NCBI GenBank assembly: GCA_951406725.2
Contig: OX597817.1
Coordinates: 57,908,001 to 57,972,000, forward strand
Length of the DNA stretch: 64,000 bases
Direction: 5' to 3'
Source: Octopus vulgaris
Lineage: Eukaryota
Shown here: positions 25,715 to 39,587 of the stretch, one piece after another
Numbering within the stretch: position 1 is the first letter of the stretch
Layout of the letters: each line of letters begins with the position of its first letter
Made by a program: the position numbers and the translations under genes
Notes under the pieces: generated by a model
Database searches by the model: none
What the model saw: the letters and a program-made list of their open reading frames with translations, nothing else
Told to the model about the DNA's origin: nothing

Positions 25715-26134
25715 TGTATGAATGTATGCTATGTATGTATGTATGCATGTATGTATGTATGTATGAATATATGTATGTATGTGTGTGTATGTATGTGTGT
25801 GTATGTATGTATGTATGTATGTGTGTATGTATGTATGTATGTATGTAGGTGTGTGTGTATGTATGTAGGTGTGTATGTATGTACGTAGGTGTGTGTGTGT
25901 GTATGTATACGTGCAGATTTGTATGTTTTATTTTATGTATGTATTCTCATGCATATAGTTGCATATCTAGACATGCTCATATATATTTAAATAATTAACT
26001 TCTGGAAAGTTTTACAGATTTTTATAGTTCCAGTGATGGATTGGATCTGTAGTCTTCGAATTAGCTTTCTCCTTTCTGGTTTTAAGAAGCCTAATTTTTC
26101 AAGATTGGTATTTAGGCAGTGTGTTACATATCCC

Positions 26135-26165
<31 letters not shown>

Positions 26166-26251
26166 TGTATGTATGTATGTATGTATGTATGTATGTATGT
26201 ATGTATGTATGTATGTATGTATGTATGTATGTATGTATGTATGCGTGTATG

Positions 26252-26285
<34 letters not shown>

Positions 26286-26320
26286 TGTATGTATGTATGT
26301 ATGTATGTATGTATTTATGT
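25598..26320. repeat. (TATG)n microsatellites flanking a dispersed repeat
   Basis: Arrays 25598-25905 and 26136-26320. The intervening 25908-26100 matches the reverse complement of 53880-54075. Confidence 0.85.
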
Positions 26321-26626
26321 ATTATTAAATTCTATCTTTGTCTCTGCCTGTCTATCTCTAGATGTATCCCGGTATTTCGAAACACCACAGTAGGGTTCTG
26401 AGCCCAGAGTACGAGATGGCATTTCAAAGTTTACGACAAAGAAGAAAATTATATCTATTATTCAAATTGATAATATATCATTATGTACACGAAGAACGGA
26501 GAGAATGAAAACCGATGTCTTGAATATTTATTCGTAATGCGTTGCGGCAGATTCGAACATGAATATGCCAACCGCTGTCATGTTTCCTCAGAGGAGAATC
26601 GTTTCTCCTTTACAACAAATATATGT

Positions 26627-26856
26627 TTCTTTATTGCCCACAAGGGGCTAATCATAGAGGGGACAAACAAGGACAGACAAAGGGATTAAGTCAATTACAT
26701 CAACCCCAGTGCGTAACTGGTACTTATTTAATCGACCCTGAAAGGATGAAAGGCAAAGTCGACCTCGGCGGAATTTGAACTCAGAGCGTAACGGCAGACG
26801 AAATACGGCTACGCATTTCGCCCGGCGTGCTAACGATTCTGCCAGCTCGCCGCCTT
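26627..26856 (-). mobile_element. Full-length family A SINE, 19-bp TSD
   Basis: TSD ctttacaacaaatatatgt at 26608-26626 and 26857-26875. Confidence 0.92.
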
Positions 26857-27171
26857 CTTTACAACAAATATATGTCTATTTGTACGAACGAATAAAAGAG
26901 AAGCTGTTCTCCTGTGAAGACACACCACAGCGATCAACATATTCACGTTCGAATCAGCTGCAACGTATGAAGAAAGAAATATATGCGAGTCATTGTTATT
27001 AGAATTGATTTTCAGAATAAACTAAATCGTAAATCATAACTCGATTTAGCACACTGACAACTTTGTTATTCCAAAGTACAATATGGAGCTCAGCTTCTTT
27101 AAAACTAAATTACTTTTCAGAAAATTGACTTTTCGTGTTGCGAAAATTAATCAAGTATTTCCTAGAGTGGC

Positions 27172-27188
27172 AGGAGAGAGAGAAGGGG

Positions 27189-27258
<70 letters not shown>

Positions 27259-27460
27259 GGAGAAAGAGATGGAGAGAGAGAAATGAGGGGATAGAGAGGG
27301 AGGGAGATAGTCAGATAGAGAGAGGGGGAGAGGGGAAGGGAGGCAGAGACAGACAGACAAATAGATAGAGAGGGGGAGAGGGAAGGAGAGACATGTATAT
27401 AGAGAGAGAGTGGGGAGAGGAGAGGAGAGAGAGTGAGAGAGAAAGAGAAAGAGAGAGAAA
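27172..27460. repeat. (GA)n / purine-rich microsatellite
   Basis: Direct reading. Confidence 0.9.
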
Positions 27461-27914
27461 TACGGTTGGGAATCCCCTGTGCCAAGTATCGCCTCGTCGT
27501 AGTCATTTCCAATGTGCCAAAGTTAATAAGGACATCCCTGAATGATGATCTTCATCAGTGCCACCATCCTCCCCTCAGATCCCAAAGTGCAGTTCTCCAC
27601 AAAAGCATCGCTCGGGGTGGACCATCCCTTGTCTGCCACCCAGCTACGCTACTGACTTGAAATCTCTCTCCTTACTGACCATCAAAACGGTCGACGTAAA
27701 ACCAAATTAACTGGAGGCCAAATGGCTTCCCTATTTCAACATATGTGAGTCGTTATGACCCACATCCTTTCAACTCTGGTGTTCCCTAGATTTCGGTTTT
27801 GACACTCTCTTCACATTCTTCCTCCCATGCAATAATGCTCTATTGTTTCCTAGGGCTAAATAACAGTAGCATTCTTCCCTTTCATGGGACTGCCACATTG
27901 AGTTGACAACATAC

Positions 27915-28147
27915 CTATTTCTTTACTACCCACAAGGGGCTAAACAGAGGAGACAAACAAGGACAGACAGACGGATTTAAGTCGATTATATCGACCCCGG
28001 TGCGTAACTGGTACTTAATTTATCGACCCCGAAAGGATGAAAGGCAAAGTCGACCTCGGCGGAATTTGAACTCAGAACGTAACGGCAGACGAAATACCGC
28101 TAAGCATTTCGCCCGGCGTGCTAACGTTTCTGCCATCTCGCCGCCTT
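27915..28147 (-). mobile_element. Full-length family A SINE
   Basis: Intact head and long tail; caacatac on both flanks. Confidence 0.9.
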
Positions 28148-28398
28148 CTATCAACATACTATCACTTTAGCACTCTATCTGTTGTCACCTCCAGCCACGA
28201 CCAAACCGCCTACAAATGTTGTCATCCGTTATTCTTCCTAAGCCTTCCATATCCGAGCTTCATCCACATCAAACCCTGACACTGCATTTCCAAATCTGCT
28301 CTGACTCTACAAGAAAAAGATCTCGAAGACATTAAGCTTATATGCTTTTGCAGCAAAAAAAACTTTACTCGCTGTGAATAAACGTAAGCACTGTATCG

Positions 28399-29700
<1,302 letters not shown>

Positions 29701-30059
29701 TACGCATACACATACATGCACACCTACTCACATTCATTTATACACACACATACACTTCTATATGTAAACAAGTTCACGGCAATAAATATACCCAACACAC
29801 TACCCAGTAAAACAATAAACCACAAAATAAAGCGTATTCCGCGAACCAAATGCACCCTGGCTTTAGAATAGATGAACACTTCGTATAAAAATTCTCTTCA
29901 AACAGAACAGAATACAAATTACACCCAACCATAAACCAACGTTAATGATATATTACAACAGCTCAACAGTCTCATCAGCAATAAACAATAAGCTGCAATT
30001 CACACAGAACAAACTTTAGATGACTAACGATGTTTTAGAAATTTGGTTACAAACGTGAA

Positions 30060-30915
30060 AGTTATAAGCATCATGACTTTTGTTGTTACTTTGGACATAC
30101 AACTACTACACTCTCTTGTTAACAGACTATGCATCTATAACAAGGAGGCAATGTAGCACGTTAAATTACATAACCAGACAACTAGACAGAAAGTCAAATG
30201 TATTTTATAAATTTAGAAGCAGATATTATTCTAGCTGTTAATTTGGACATACAGCAACTACTCTTGTTGACTGATTATGCTTCTATAACAAGGAGGCAAT
30301 GTAGCATATTGTATTACATAGCGCAACAAGCAAACTAGAAAATAAAGCAAATGTATTTTATAAATTCAGAAGCGAGTGTGATTCCAGCTGTTATATTGGA
30401 CAAACAATTACAAGACTTTCTTGTTAAGTGATTATGCATCTACAACAAGGTCCCATAACTCAACAATTACTTAGAACATAACTACTTAGAAAAGCAGCAG
30501 GTATTTAAAGGGAAATTTGACAAGTCAGTCGCCCGCTGACACTTGTTGACGCTACATCGAAGAGGCCAGGGAGCAGAAGAAAGAAAAAGAAAGAAGACAT
30601 GCACCCAACACCAGAGCTGAAGACACCTCCAAAAGGGGGAGGGGCTCCACGTCAAAACGGTAGAAGAGTAGGGGCCGAAACCGGACGTGGTTCCTCCTGA
30701 TGATGTCTTGAGCTAACTGGATCCTATAAAGGAGCTGTTGTGGTAGCAGACCACGAAACACGGTTGAAATTCCTATTAATTCAGAAGAAAACATAACTCT
30801 AGGAATTATTGTGAGCATACAACTACTCCACTTTTGTTATTTATTGCAACTATAACAGGGAACCACTGCAACACGATGCATGGCATAATAAAGCAACTAA
30901 ATTAGACGGAAAACT
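30060..30915. repeat. Degenerate about 153-bp tandem satellite, interrupted by an insert
   Basis: ttggaca(t/a)aca...tatgc(a/t)tcta(t/c)aacaagg recurs at about 30091, 30243 and 30397, and in decayed form near 30815. Confidence 0.75.
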
Positions 30916-31436
30916 ATGAGCAGAGAATATGTCCCTCTTGTACAAATTCCTTTAAACAATTAAGTGTATATCAATGAGAAGCTTTACTAATTACAAAATA
31001 ACTTGCAAAGTCGCTGGCTTTGTGCCAAATTTAGAAGCTATTAATAAAATACAATGTAGAATTTAAGTATCAAATAACACCCTAATAAGAAACTAACACC
31101 GGATATTAGTGAAAAGAAAGAAATTTGATGTTAATAACAAAATGTAACATTGAACTTGACTGGGTCAAACAAAGGAGTCTTTGTATAGTCATTCGAACTT
31201 GCTGGAAATACCAGCTAAATCTCACGTATACTGGTTTCAAATTTTGGTACAAGGCCAGAAATTTCGGGGGAGGGGATAAGTCGATTACCTTAACCTCAGT
31301 GATCAACTGGTACTTTATATTATCGACCCCGAAAGGATGAAAGGCAAAGTTGACCCCGACAGCGTTTGAACTCAGAAAGCATTTTTTCCAGTGCGGTAAC
31401 GATTCTGGGAGCTCGGCGCCTTAATCGGAAACATAT

Positions 31437-31853
31437 TTATTTCTTTATTGCTCATAAGGGGCTAAACATAGAGGGGACAAGCAAGGACAGACAAAGGGAT
31501 TAAATCGATTACAAAGATCCCAGTGTGTAACTGGTACATATTTAATCGACCCCGAAAAAGGATGAAAGGCAAAGTCGACCTCGGCGGAATTTGAACTCAG
31601 AACGTAACGGCAAACGAAATACCTATTTCTTTATTACCCACAAGGGGCTAAACATAGAGGGGACAAACAAGGATAGACATAGGTATTAAGTCGATTACAT
31701 CGACCCCAGTGCGTAACTGGTACTTAATTTATCGACCCCGAAAGGATGAAAGGCAAAGTCGACCTCGGCGGAATTTGAACTCACAACGTAACGGCAGACG
31801 AAATACCGGTAAGCATTTCGCCCGGTGCGCTAACGTTTCAGTCAGCTCGCCCT
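31437..31853 (-). mobile_element. Dimeric family A SINE
   Basis: Full copy 31622-31853 plus a head-truncated copy 31437-31621; junction gaaatacctatttc. Confidence 0.85.
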
Positions 31854-31854
31854 T

Positions 31855-32065
31855 AATGTAGTTCTCAGGGAGATTCAGCGTAACATAGAATGTGATAAGG
31901 CTAATCTTTTGAAATACAGGTACCACTCATTTTTACCAGATGAGTGAACTAGAGCAACATGAAATAAAGTGTCTTGCTCAAGAGCTCAACGCACCGCTAG
32001 TAATCGAATTCGCGACCTTACGATCGCGAGCCGAATACCCTAACCATTTAGCTACGCGCCTCCGC
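31855..32065 (-). mobile_element. Family E tRNA/CORE-type SINE (5' part)
   Basis: Minus head ggaggcgcgtagctaaatggttagg; CORE-like cttgagcaagacactttatttcatgttgc; longer copy at 61897-62210. Confidence 0.75.
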
Positions 32066-32632
32066 AAATAATACAACCCAATGACGAATTAACTCCAGAC
32101 ACCTCGATTAAGCTATATCATAATTGAAAGAAAGCTGACACTAAACGGTTCGTTTATCATCAATGAATCTCAATTCACGGCGCCACCTTGCGTTTCTTTT
32201 TATCAACAGTTCTCTATTGTGAACTGGTTTATTACAATGCCAACGAACGATGACAAAGATTATACTTCTGATGACAAAGCCTTAATAATCAATATTTATA
32301 AACATTTGGGACTTTCTCTCTTGTTTGCTTGGTCAAACATCGCCTTTATTTAACCCCTCTTATCTTCCTGATCACTGCATTTAACTATACAGCGGTTAAT
32401 TCTGATATTGAAAGCCTTGAAAAGAACCAGACTCCCCTCTTTTTAAATATATGGCTAGTGTCCCTTTATAACTAAATTTTCAGAAGGTGCAGTCCTGGCT
32501 GTGTGGTTCTGAAGGTCGTGGTTTTGGGTTCAGTCCCCTTATGCAGTACTTTAGGCAAGGGTTCTCTTCTATAAACCGGGACCGACCAATGCCTTGTGAA
32601 TAAATTTGGTTGACAGAAACTGTATGAACTGT

Positions 32633-33050
32633 AAGGCGGTGAGCTGGCAGAAACGTTAGCACGCCGGGCGAAATGCGTAGCCGTATTTCATCTGCCGTTA
32701 CGTTCTGAGTTCAAATTCCGCCGAGGTCGACTTTGCCTTTCATCCTTTCGGGGTCGATTAAATAAGTACCAGTTATGCACTGGGGTCGATATAATCGACT
32801 TAATCCCATTGTCTGTCCTTGTTTGTCCTCTCTGTGTTTGGCCCCTTGTGGGTAGTAAATAAATAGGTATTTCGTCTGCGTTACGTTCTGAGTTCAAATT
32901 CCGCCGAGGTCGATTGTGCCTTTCATCCTTTCGGGGTCGCTTAAATAAGTACCAGTTACACACTGGGGTCGATATAACCGACTTAATCCGTTTGTCTATC
33001 CTTGTTTGTCCCCTCTATGTTTAGCCCCCTGTGGGCAATAAAGAAATAAG
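32633..33050 (+). mobile_element. Dimeric family A SINE inside a decayed family B copy
   Basis: Full copy then second unit starting at ...aaatagg|tatttcgtctg (about 32868); actgt on both flanks. Confidence 0.85.
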
Positions 33051-33629
33051 ATACTGTGTGGAAGCCCGTACATGTGTATTTATGTTTGCCCTCCCCTACT
33101 TGACAACCGGTGTTGGTTATTTAATATCTCCTTAACTTAGCGGTTCGACAAAGAAAACAATGGAATAAGTGCAAGACTTTAAAAAATTAATAAGTCGGTT
33201 TGTTCGACTAAACCCTTTAAGGCGGTGCACCAGCATGGCCGCATGTCCAATAACTGAAACAAGGAAAATATGAGGATAAATTCAAAGCTCGAAGAAAACA
33301 AACAAGATGGAACATCGTTCCCGAGATTCTCGACTCCTCTAAACGTGACAACGGCTGGAAATGAAATTATTTCATCTCCACCGGGACGAAGATGGTGCGT
33401 CAGGAAAGTTTAGTTCGTTGCATAGCCAACAGCATGCTTATACTTTCGAAATCATTCGACACAAGCTTGAGATGTTCTGTTTACTTTTTGCATTTGTTTT
33501 ATAATGCTTAATGAAATAATTTTCTAAATTTGATGAAGGGCCCTACCCGAAATATTATATCTGTCTTCTTCTTCACGGCAAAGAAATATTTCAAAAGGCT
33601 TGTCAGTCATCCTCATGGTCCCAATAGAC

Positions 33630-34078
33630 AAAATGGAAAGCCGTTACCCCGGAAGATGGCGAGAAAGATGCGCTGGAACAATCACTCTGGCTCACAGGGC
33701 TCGCATTTGCGGTTAGTCAACTCCGCCCCGATTTCGATGAGCGAGGTTGTGGCCCGGGGTCCGAGAACACCGTAGGTCTCCACTGTCACTGGCTCAACCG
33801 TAAACCTGTCAGAGAGCAGCCGATACTTTGACAGTTTGCCCTTCTCGGCCTGACGAGCAGTGGAGCTTCGGGTGGTTGTAGAACACACCAGGTTACCACT
33901 GGAGAAGGCTGGCAGCATGCAGAGTCCCAGATGAGGACCTACCAGCACGGAACGGCAAAACTGTCATACTGTCAGGCCATTCTTTTACCGTCTCCTCTGT
34001 CTATCCCTGTCGGTTCGAGTTGGGAAGGGAAACCTGCGGCATCTAGGCCATGACGTATTCTATCATTAAAGTTGTTGT
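33630..34078 (-). pseudogene. CRE-like non-LTR retrotransposon remnant: restriction-like endonuclease domain
   Basis: NDRIRHGLDAAGFPSQLEPTGIDRGDGKR/PDSMTVLPF, AEKGKLSKY, EPVTVETYGVLG, *LFQRIFLAIFRGN. This is the RPD..D..K..KY..E..G REL signature, frameshifted. Confidence 0.8.
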
Positions 34079-34621
34079 CTAGCATAATTGGCTTTATAAA
34101 CTCATACCGCTTAATTACTTAGAGCGACTAATGATAGACATGGTAAATGGATAGGCAACGTCGGTATTCAACTGATTTGTTAGTGGCATAGCGAGAGTAT
34201 GTATGCCGCCAGTGGTAGCACTTGAGTTTGCTCCGACCTCCAGGCCCTCAAACCTATACAGGTTTATACAGGAGACCCTATCTAACCCTACTGTGATTTG
34301 TGGACAACTACTGAAAATTGGAATGTAAAACTCTGTCTTCACTTGTAATTCTCAACCATGTTTTGCTCGCAGCTCTGTTCTCCTAACCTACTTCCTTAGT
34401 TTCCCCCGCCATAGACTTATTAATCAGCAAAAAGCATTTCGCTGTTTGCCATGCCAAACGCCGCTGTATCACATAAAAGGTGTTTGTAGTAGCTTATGAC
34501 ATTGACCATTTTTATGTAGCTAAAGCTTTCTATTAGGACACAGAACTCTATAAAGCCATCGATGTGAAGTAGGAGCTCGGCCTATAAGAACTGTCGAAAA
34601 TTAGGTTAAAAAATATGTAAA

Positions 34622-34776
34622 ACGAGTGGCTGTGTGGTAAGAAGCTTGCTTCCCAATCACATAGTTTCAGGTTCAGTCCCACTGCGTGATACTGAGGGCA
34701 AATGTCTTCTACTATAGCCTCGGGCAGACCAAATCTTTGCGAGTAGATTTGGTAGATAGAAACTGGAAGAAGCCCG

Positions 34777-34818
<42 letters not shown>

Positions 34819-35061
34819 ATAAATACATAATTGTGATTCAGTTGAATTAAGTACTTAAGTTGAAGCACCAAGTCCGTCCGGCATTATCTGCAAATTTCGA
34901 AGTAAGGTGAATTAAATCATAATAAGCAACAGGACATCAAGTAGTGATGCAGTGCAGCTGAAGATGGTACTGCATTTAAATTGATGTAATGATTGCATTG
35001 TTCAATTAAATGGAGTCGCTTGAAACGGTCGTACTGCATCACTACTTGATATCCTGTTGCT

Positions 35062-35113
<52 letters not shown>

Positions 35114-35322
35114 GTGTGTGTTTATATCTGTTTTCAACTCCCACCACTGCTTGTCAACCGGTGTTTAGGTTCCCGTAACTTAGCGCTTCGGCAAAAGCGA
35201 CCGATAGAGTAAGTACCAAGCAAAAACAAGTACTGAGAGTGTCGATTCGTCTGACTAAAAATTCTTCAACTCGGTACTCCAGCATGGCCGCAGGCTAATG
35301 ACTAAAACAAGTAAAAAATAAA
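34622..35322 (+). mobile_element. Family B SINE whose internal (TA)n hosts a hairpin element
   Basis: Head 34622-34778, tail 35112-35322. Confidence 0.8.
34815..35067. mobile_element. Penelope-like inverted-arm insertion with hammerhead core
   Basis: 35-bp inverted arms 34919-34953 and 35033-35067; + strand tgcag-CTGAAGA-long stem-GAAA-cggtcg-TA-ctgca; flanked by (TA)n. Confidence 0.65.
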
Positions 35323-36716
35323 AGTTGAGAAACAAAAAAAAGAAATATGGGAATGGTTTCCGTTTTAGGCTCAAGTCGATAAGGGGTTATTCAATTATAG
35401 CAATCTTAATACTCGACTGGTACTTTATTTTATCAATCCCGAAGGGAAGAAAGGCTAAGTTGACTCCGGCGCGATTTCAAGTCCGAATGTAAAGAACGGC
35501 AACGAATGTGGGGGTATTTCTCCCGACTTTCTCATAATTCTCCAAATTCATCGCCCGTCGTAATGAAACGTTTTCTTATGATAAACACTTTATTGAATGT
35601 TAGGCTTGTACTGGATCCAAACTCGCAAGATTTTCTGTATCAAGCTAGTTGGGGACAAACGATGATCACTTTTGTATACAAAAGGGCTACGAACTGTTGA
35701 CAGTACTTAAGTCGTTCAGCTAAAACCGGATTCAATAAGTGGTAGAGAAAGCAATATATATATCTTGGTCTTTCCGCAAAAGTGTGAAAAATTCATGGCA
35801 ATTTGTCAACTACTTTTAGATATATTCACCGCAACCGACAGAGAATCGGATAAATCGACTAAAGTTGAGGCTTATTATTATTTTTTTCCCATTAATTTCA
35901 ATTTCATAAAAAAATGATAACGGTGTACAGTTGAAAAGATGTAATTCGAAACGACGTAAGTTGAGGTATGCTGGTACTTTTTGGCAAATTATGTTTTCCG
36001 AATTTCAATCTAACTTGAGCTGTTTGGTCACTTTGTAAACTCAATGAGGCTTCTTTTTTTTTGTAATATAAGGACCAAGAATTAAATGCATTTACTGTAA
36101 ATCAATCGCCCTCCTTCAACCGATCTGGAATGTTTATTGCTGAGCTGAACTTTTGTTTAATCGCTGGACAAATATTTCAGGTACTTAACATCACAGAAAT
36201 AGTGGTTTAAAATTTCGGCACTTATTTTATCGACCCCGAATTGATGAACGGCAAGGTATACCCTGGCGACATTTGAACTCAGAACGTAATGTCGTAAGAG
36301 ATGCCTCTAAGCATTTTGCCCGGCGTGGTAGCGACTCTGCCAGCTCATTGCCTTAATTTGGACTGAAATATTGGCTTCATATTTTGGTATAAGGCCAGCA
36401 ATTTCGCGGGAGGGGGTAAATCGATTACATTGACCCCAGTGCGTAACTGGTACTTATTTTATTGACCCTGGGAGGACGTAGCGCAAAGTCGACTTCGGTG
36501 GAATTTGAACTCAGAACGTAATGTCGGACGAAGTGCCGCTAATCATTTTCCACGGCCCGATAAAGATTCTGCCAGCTGGCTGCCATAATTTATACTGAAA
36601 TACTAAAACCTATTAATAACCCATCTGAAAGCTTAACTACAAATGTATAAAAACAGCAAAGGTTTTCAGCAAAGAAATTAAGTATCAGAAATATATATAT
36701 AAACAAAAAGAGACGG

Positions 36717-36804
<88 letters not shown>

Positions 36805-37009
36805 GGCAGTAAGGCGTTAGAAAATGCAGTCTCGCGATTTAAGACTTTTAAAAATTCTGGCAACGAATCAAAATTAATCGTTTCGTTGAAAAAAATTTGA
36901 ATGACACATTTTGATAAAAATATATTACAACTGGAATTTTGAAAACTTTCGTGCCATGAAGAATTTAATAATTGCTTTCAACTAGCAAAAGTTACATAAT
37001 TATAACTAA

Positions 37010-37402
37010 CTAGCAGTATCGCCCGGCGTTGCTCGGGTTTGTAAGGGAAATAACTATATAAGCATTTTTAGAGATGTAAAGTATAATAGCCATCTCAATA
37101 TGGCTAACCACAAAGGGGGTGTGTTACTGTAGCTTTTTACGTTCTGAGATTTAATAAATTTTTAAAGAGTTACTTCCCTTATATATGCCAAAAATGCATT
37201 AAAAATGGGAAAAATTGATGGTAAATTTTTTTTTAAATCGTAGACACATCGTAGATGTGTGCTAATACCCAGAAGGGCTCGATATGAATCACGACTATAA
37301 GATACCCGGTTTTGGTTAAACTGCACCGCAAAATGTGGGAGTAGTTAGGAATCTAAATCGTAGGAGACAGACAGCACACAACCTCACTTTTATATATAAA
37401 GA
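37010..37402 (-). mobile_element. Non-autonomous Helitron
   Basis: Minus strand 5' TC(tttatatataaaag), 3' hairpin cccgagcaacgccggg followed by CTAG, inserted between host A and T, no TSD. Confidence 0.85.
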
Positions 37403-37791
37403 TTAATAAGCAGTTTTCTCCATAATAGTATGTGTATATATACACGTACACACACAAACTTACACACACGCACGCGCGTGGACACACACTTGCGCGCGCG
37501 TGTAAAAAGACACATATGGACTATGTTCATCCAGAAATGAAAGGCTTTCCTTTTACGCTGGTTTTGAAAACAGATATCGCATTGTTTTTGGCTTCCAGTG
37601 TTAAACAATAAGAATATACTCTCACTGTATGAAGTTCAATTGTTATTCGAAAATGAATTTCCTATAAAGAGGGCAATTATGCGAAGCATTATTCCTATAT
37701 ACTTGGTAAGGATTGGTATACATTAACCTATATAAATATTCATGCATGCATACACACAAACAGACATGCATGCATACATATGCATATACAT

Positions 37792-38458
37792 ACAGGGTGT
37801 GTAAGGTATTTGAGGACATAGCTTTTTTGGGGGTCATTGCTGCATTTTTCGCTAACTCTGTTTAATCTTTGTTTCAGAAAATAATAATGGCAGACCCTCA
37901 TCGTACTCAACAAATGAAGAGGCAGGCTGTTATTGTGGTTATAAAGGTTGTGCATAGCGATTTAGAAATATCTTGATTTTAAAAAGTTGCCAGATCTTTC
38001 ATCTACAGAGTTTGTAAGGAGCTAGAGACTGAAGATGGAAACGTATCACCAGTATCAAAGCATAAAAAGCATTCTAAACGCTCTGAAATCAAAAGTCCAT
38101 GAGGTCAATTGCAAAAGATCTCCATGTGTCAGAAGGAACAATCAGAAATGTTGTCCACGAAGACATCAGATATAAGTTTATATGATGAAGGAAGGTCAAT
38201 TCGTCAGAAAAAGTAAAAGAAAATCACTACATCAGATCTAAAAGGCTCTTAAACAAACTGAAAAATCCAGCAGATTTGATTTGGTTTTTCTCAAACGAGA
38301 GAAATTTCGACCAAGCTCAAAAAGTTAACGGAAGAAATGACAGATGGTTATGTGCAGACCCTTCTAAACTTACAAGTGTTATACATAAAAAAACTTCCTG
38401 CAACTGTCATGGTTTTAGGGCTGTCAGCAATGAAGGACATATGATACCTCCTTACATA
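37792..38458 (+). pseudogene. Tc1/mariner (DD37D/maT-like) transposon 5' part, decayed
   Basis: TA|CAGGGTG terminus; MRSIAKDLHVSEGTIRNVVHEDIRYK, RSKRLLNKLKNP, IWFFSNERNFDQAQKVNGRNDRWLC, PATVMVLG; stops and frameshifts. Confidence 0.8.
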
Positions 38459-38479
38459 TGACCCCGAAAGGATTAAGGG

Positions 38480-38629
38480 CACTAGCGTAGCTAGAGTGTG
38501 TGCTGCCCGGGGCGGATCTTCCATTTGCCGCCCCGGACCCACCAAAGAACACATATTGCCTACAGCAGACCGAAAAGTGCCGCCCAGGGCGGACCGCCCC
38601 AGCCGTCCCCCACCCTAGCTACGCTAGTG
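38480..38629. mobile_element. 150-bp GC-rich hAT-like MITE inserted in a family A fragment
   Basis: Perfect 15-bp TIR cactagcgtagctag/ctagctacgctagtg; 8-bp flanks attaaggg/acgaaggg; decayed relative at 28810-28950. Confidence 0.8.
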
Positions 38630-39282
38630 ACGAAGGGCAAAGCCAACCTCGGCGGAATTCGAAATATAGAATTCATTTATTGATAGCAAATCACAGTACA
38701 CATAGATCAAAACTAGGCACCAAGCAGTAGCAGTTTTATTTCACCTGTTACTTGTTCAAAGCATATTCATAAGTTTGTCTTTAGGCTCTGCGTTTGTTTT
38801 CAGACTTTCAGCTACTCCTGGTTTCGTACGTTCTGATTAATATAAAGCTTTCCTTTCCTAAGTTACAAGTTACTCTAGTCGTTGAACCCCCCCCCCAAAA
38901 AAAAACAGCGTCAGGAATGTGTATCATACACGATGCATTGACGCCGGGGAAACTATGTCCTGTGTATCACATGTAATGCACAGGACAGGCAAAGGGTCAG
39001 CTTGTGTTAGTTTACTTTTGGTACGACTCGAGAAGCGACGGTTATTGGATTTATGCTGGGCACTGACTCCGTGATTGGAATCCTGTAATAATTTCATAAT
39101 ACTCGACGCTATATTGGTAAAGACACTGAGTTATGAACAAATTTGAAGTTACCTCAATAGATAAGTAGTGTCTGTTTATTATACTCTTTTATATTTCAGT
39201 TTATTAGTTGTGAGGTGTGATACATTGCGATGTGACAAGTTAATCATTTCTGGTTGTTTGAAATAAATTGAAAGATAGTCTA

Positions 39283-39555
39283 GAGTAATCTCTCGACTAT
39301 CGCGGGTGTTCGTTCCAAACCCCACCGCGATAGGTGAAAATCCGCGAAGTAGAAATAATATTGTACTGTATTTTTTTACTTATTATTTTTATAATTTGTA
39401 TATATTTATTTTACATTATTTACATTTGACGGATATTTGTCCTCATCTTGTTTGTTGTTAATACAACGTTTCAGCTGATATACTCTCCAGCCTTCATCAG
39501 GTGTCTTGGGGAAATTACGAACCTGGGTTCTCATTCTTAAGGTATTTTACTTAAG

Positions 39556-39587
<32 letters not shown>

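Noticed and set aside
27525-28300. Further minus-strand LINE remnant around the 27915 SINE
   Set aside because: Only faint GEL..G..GG-like similarity; too decayed to call.
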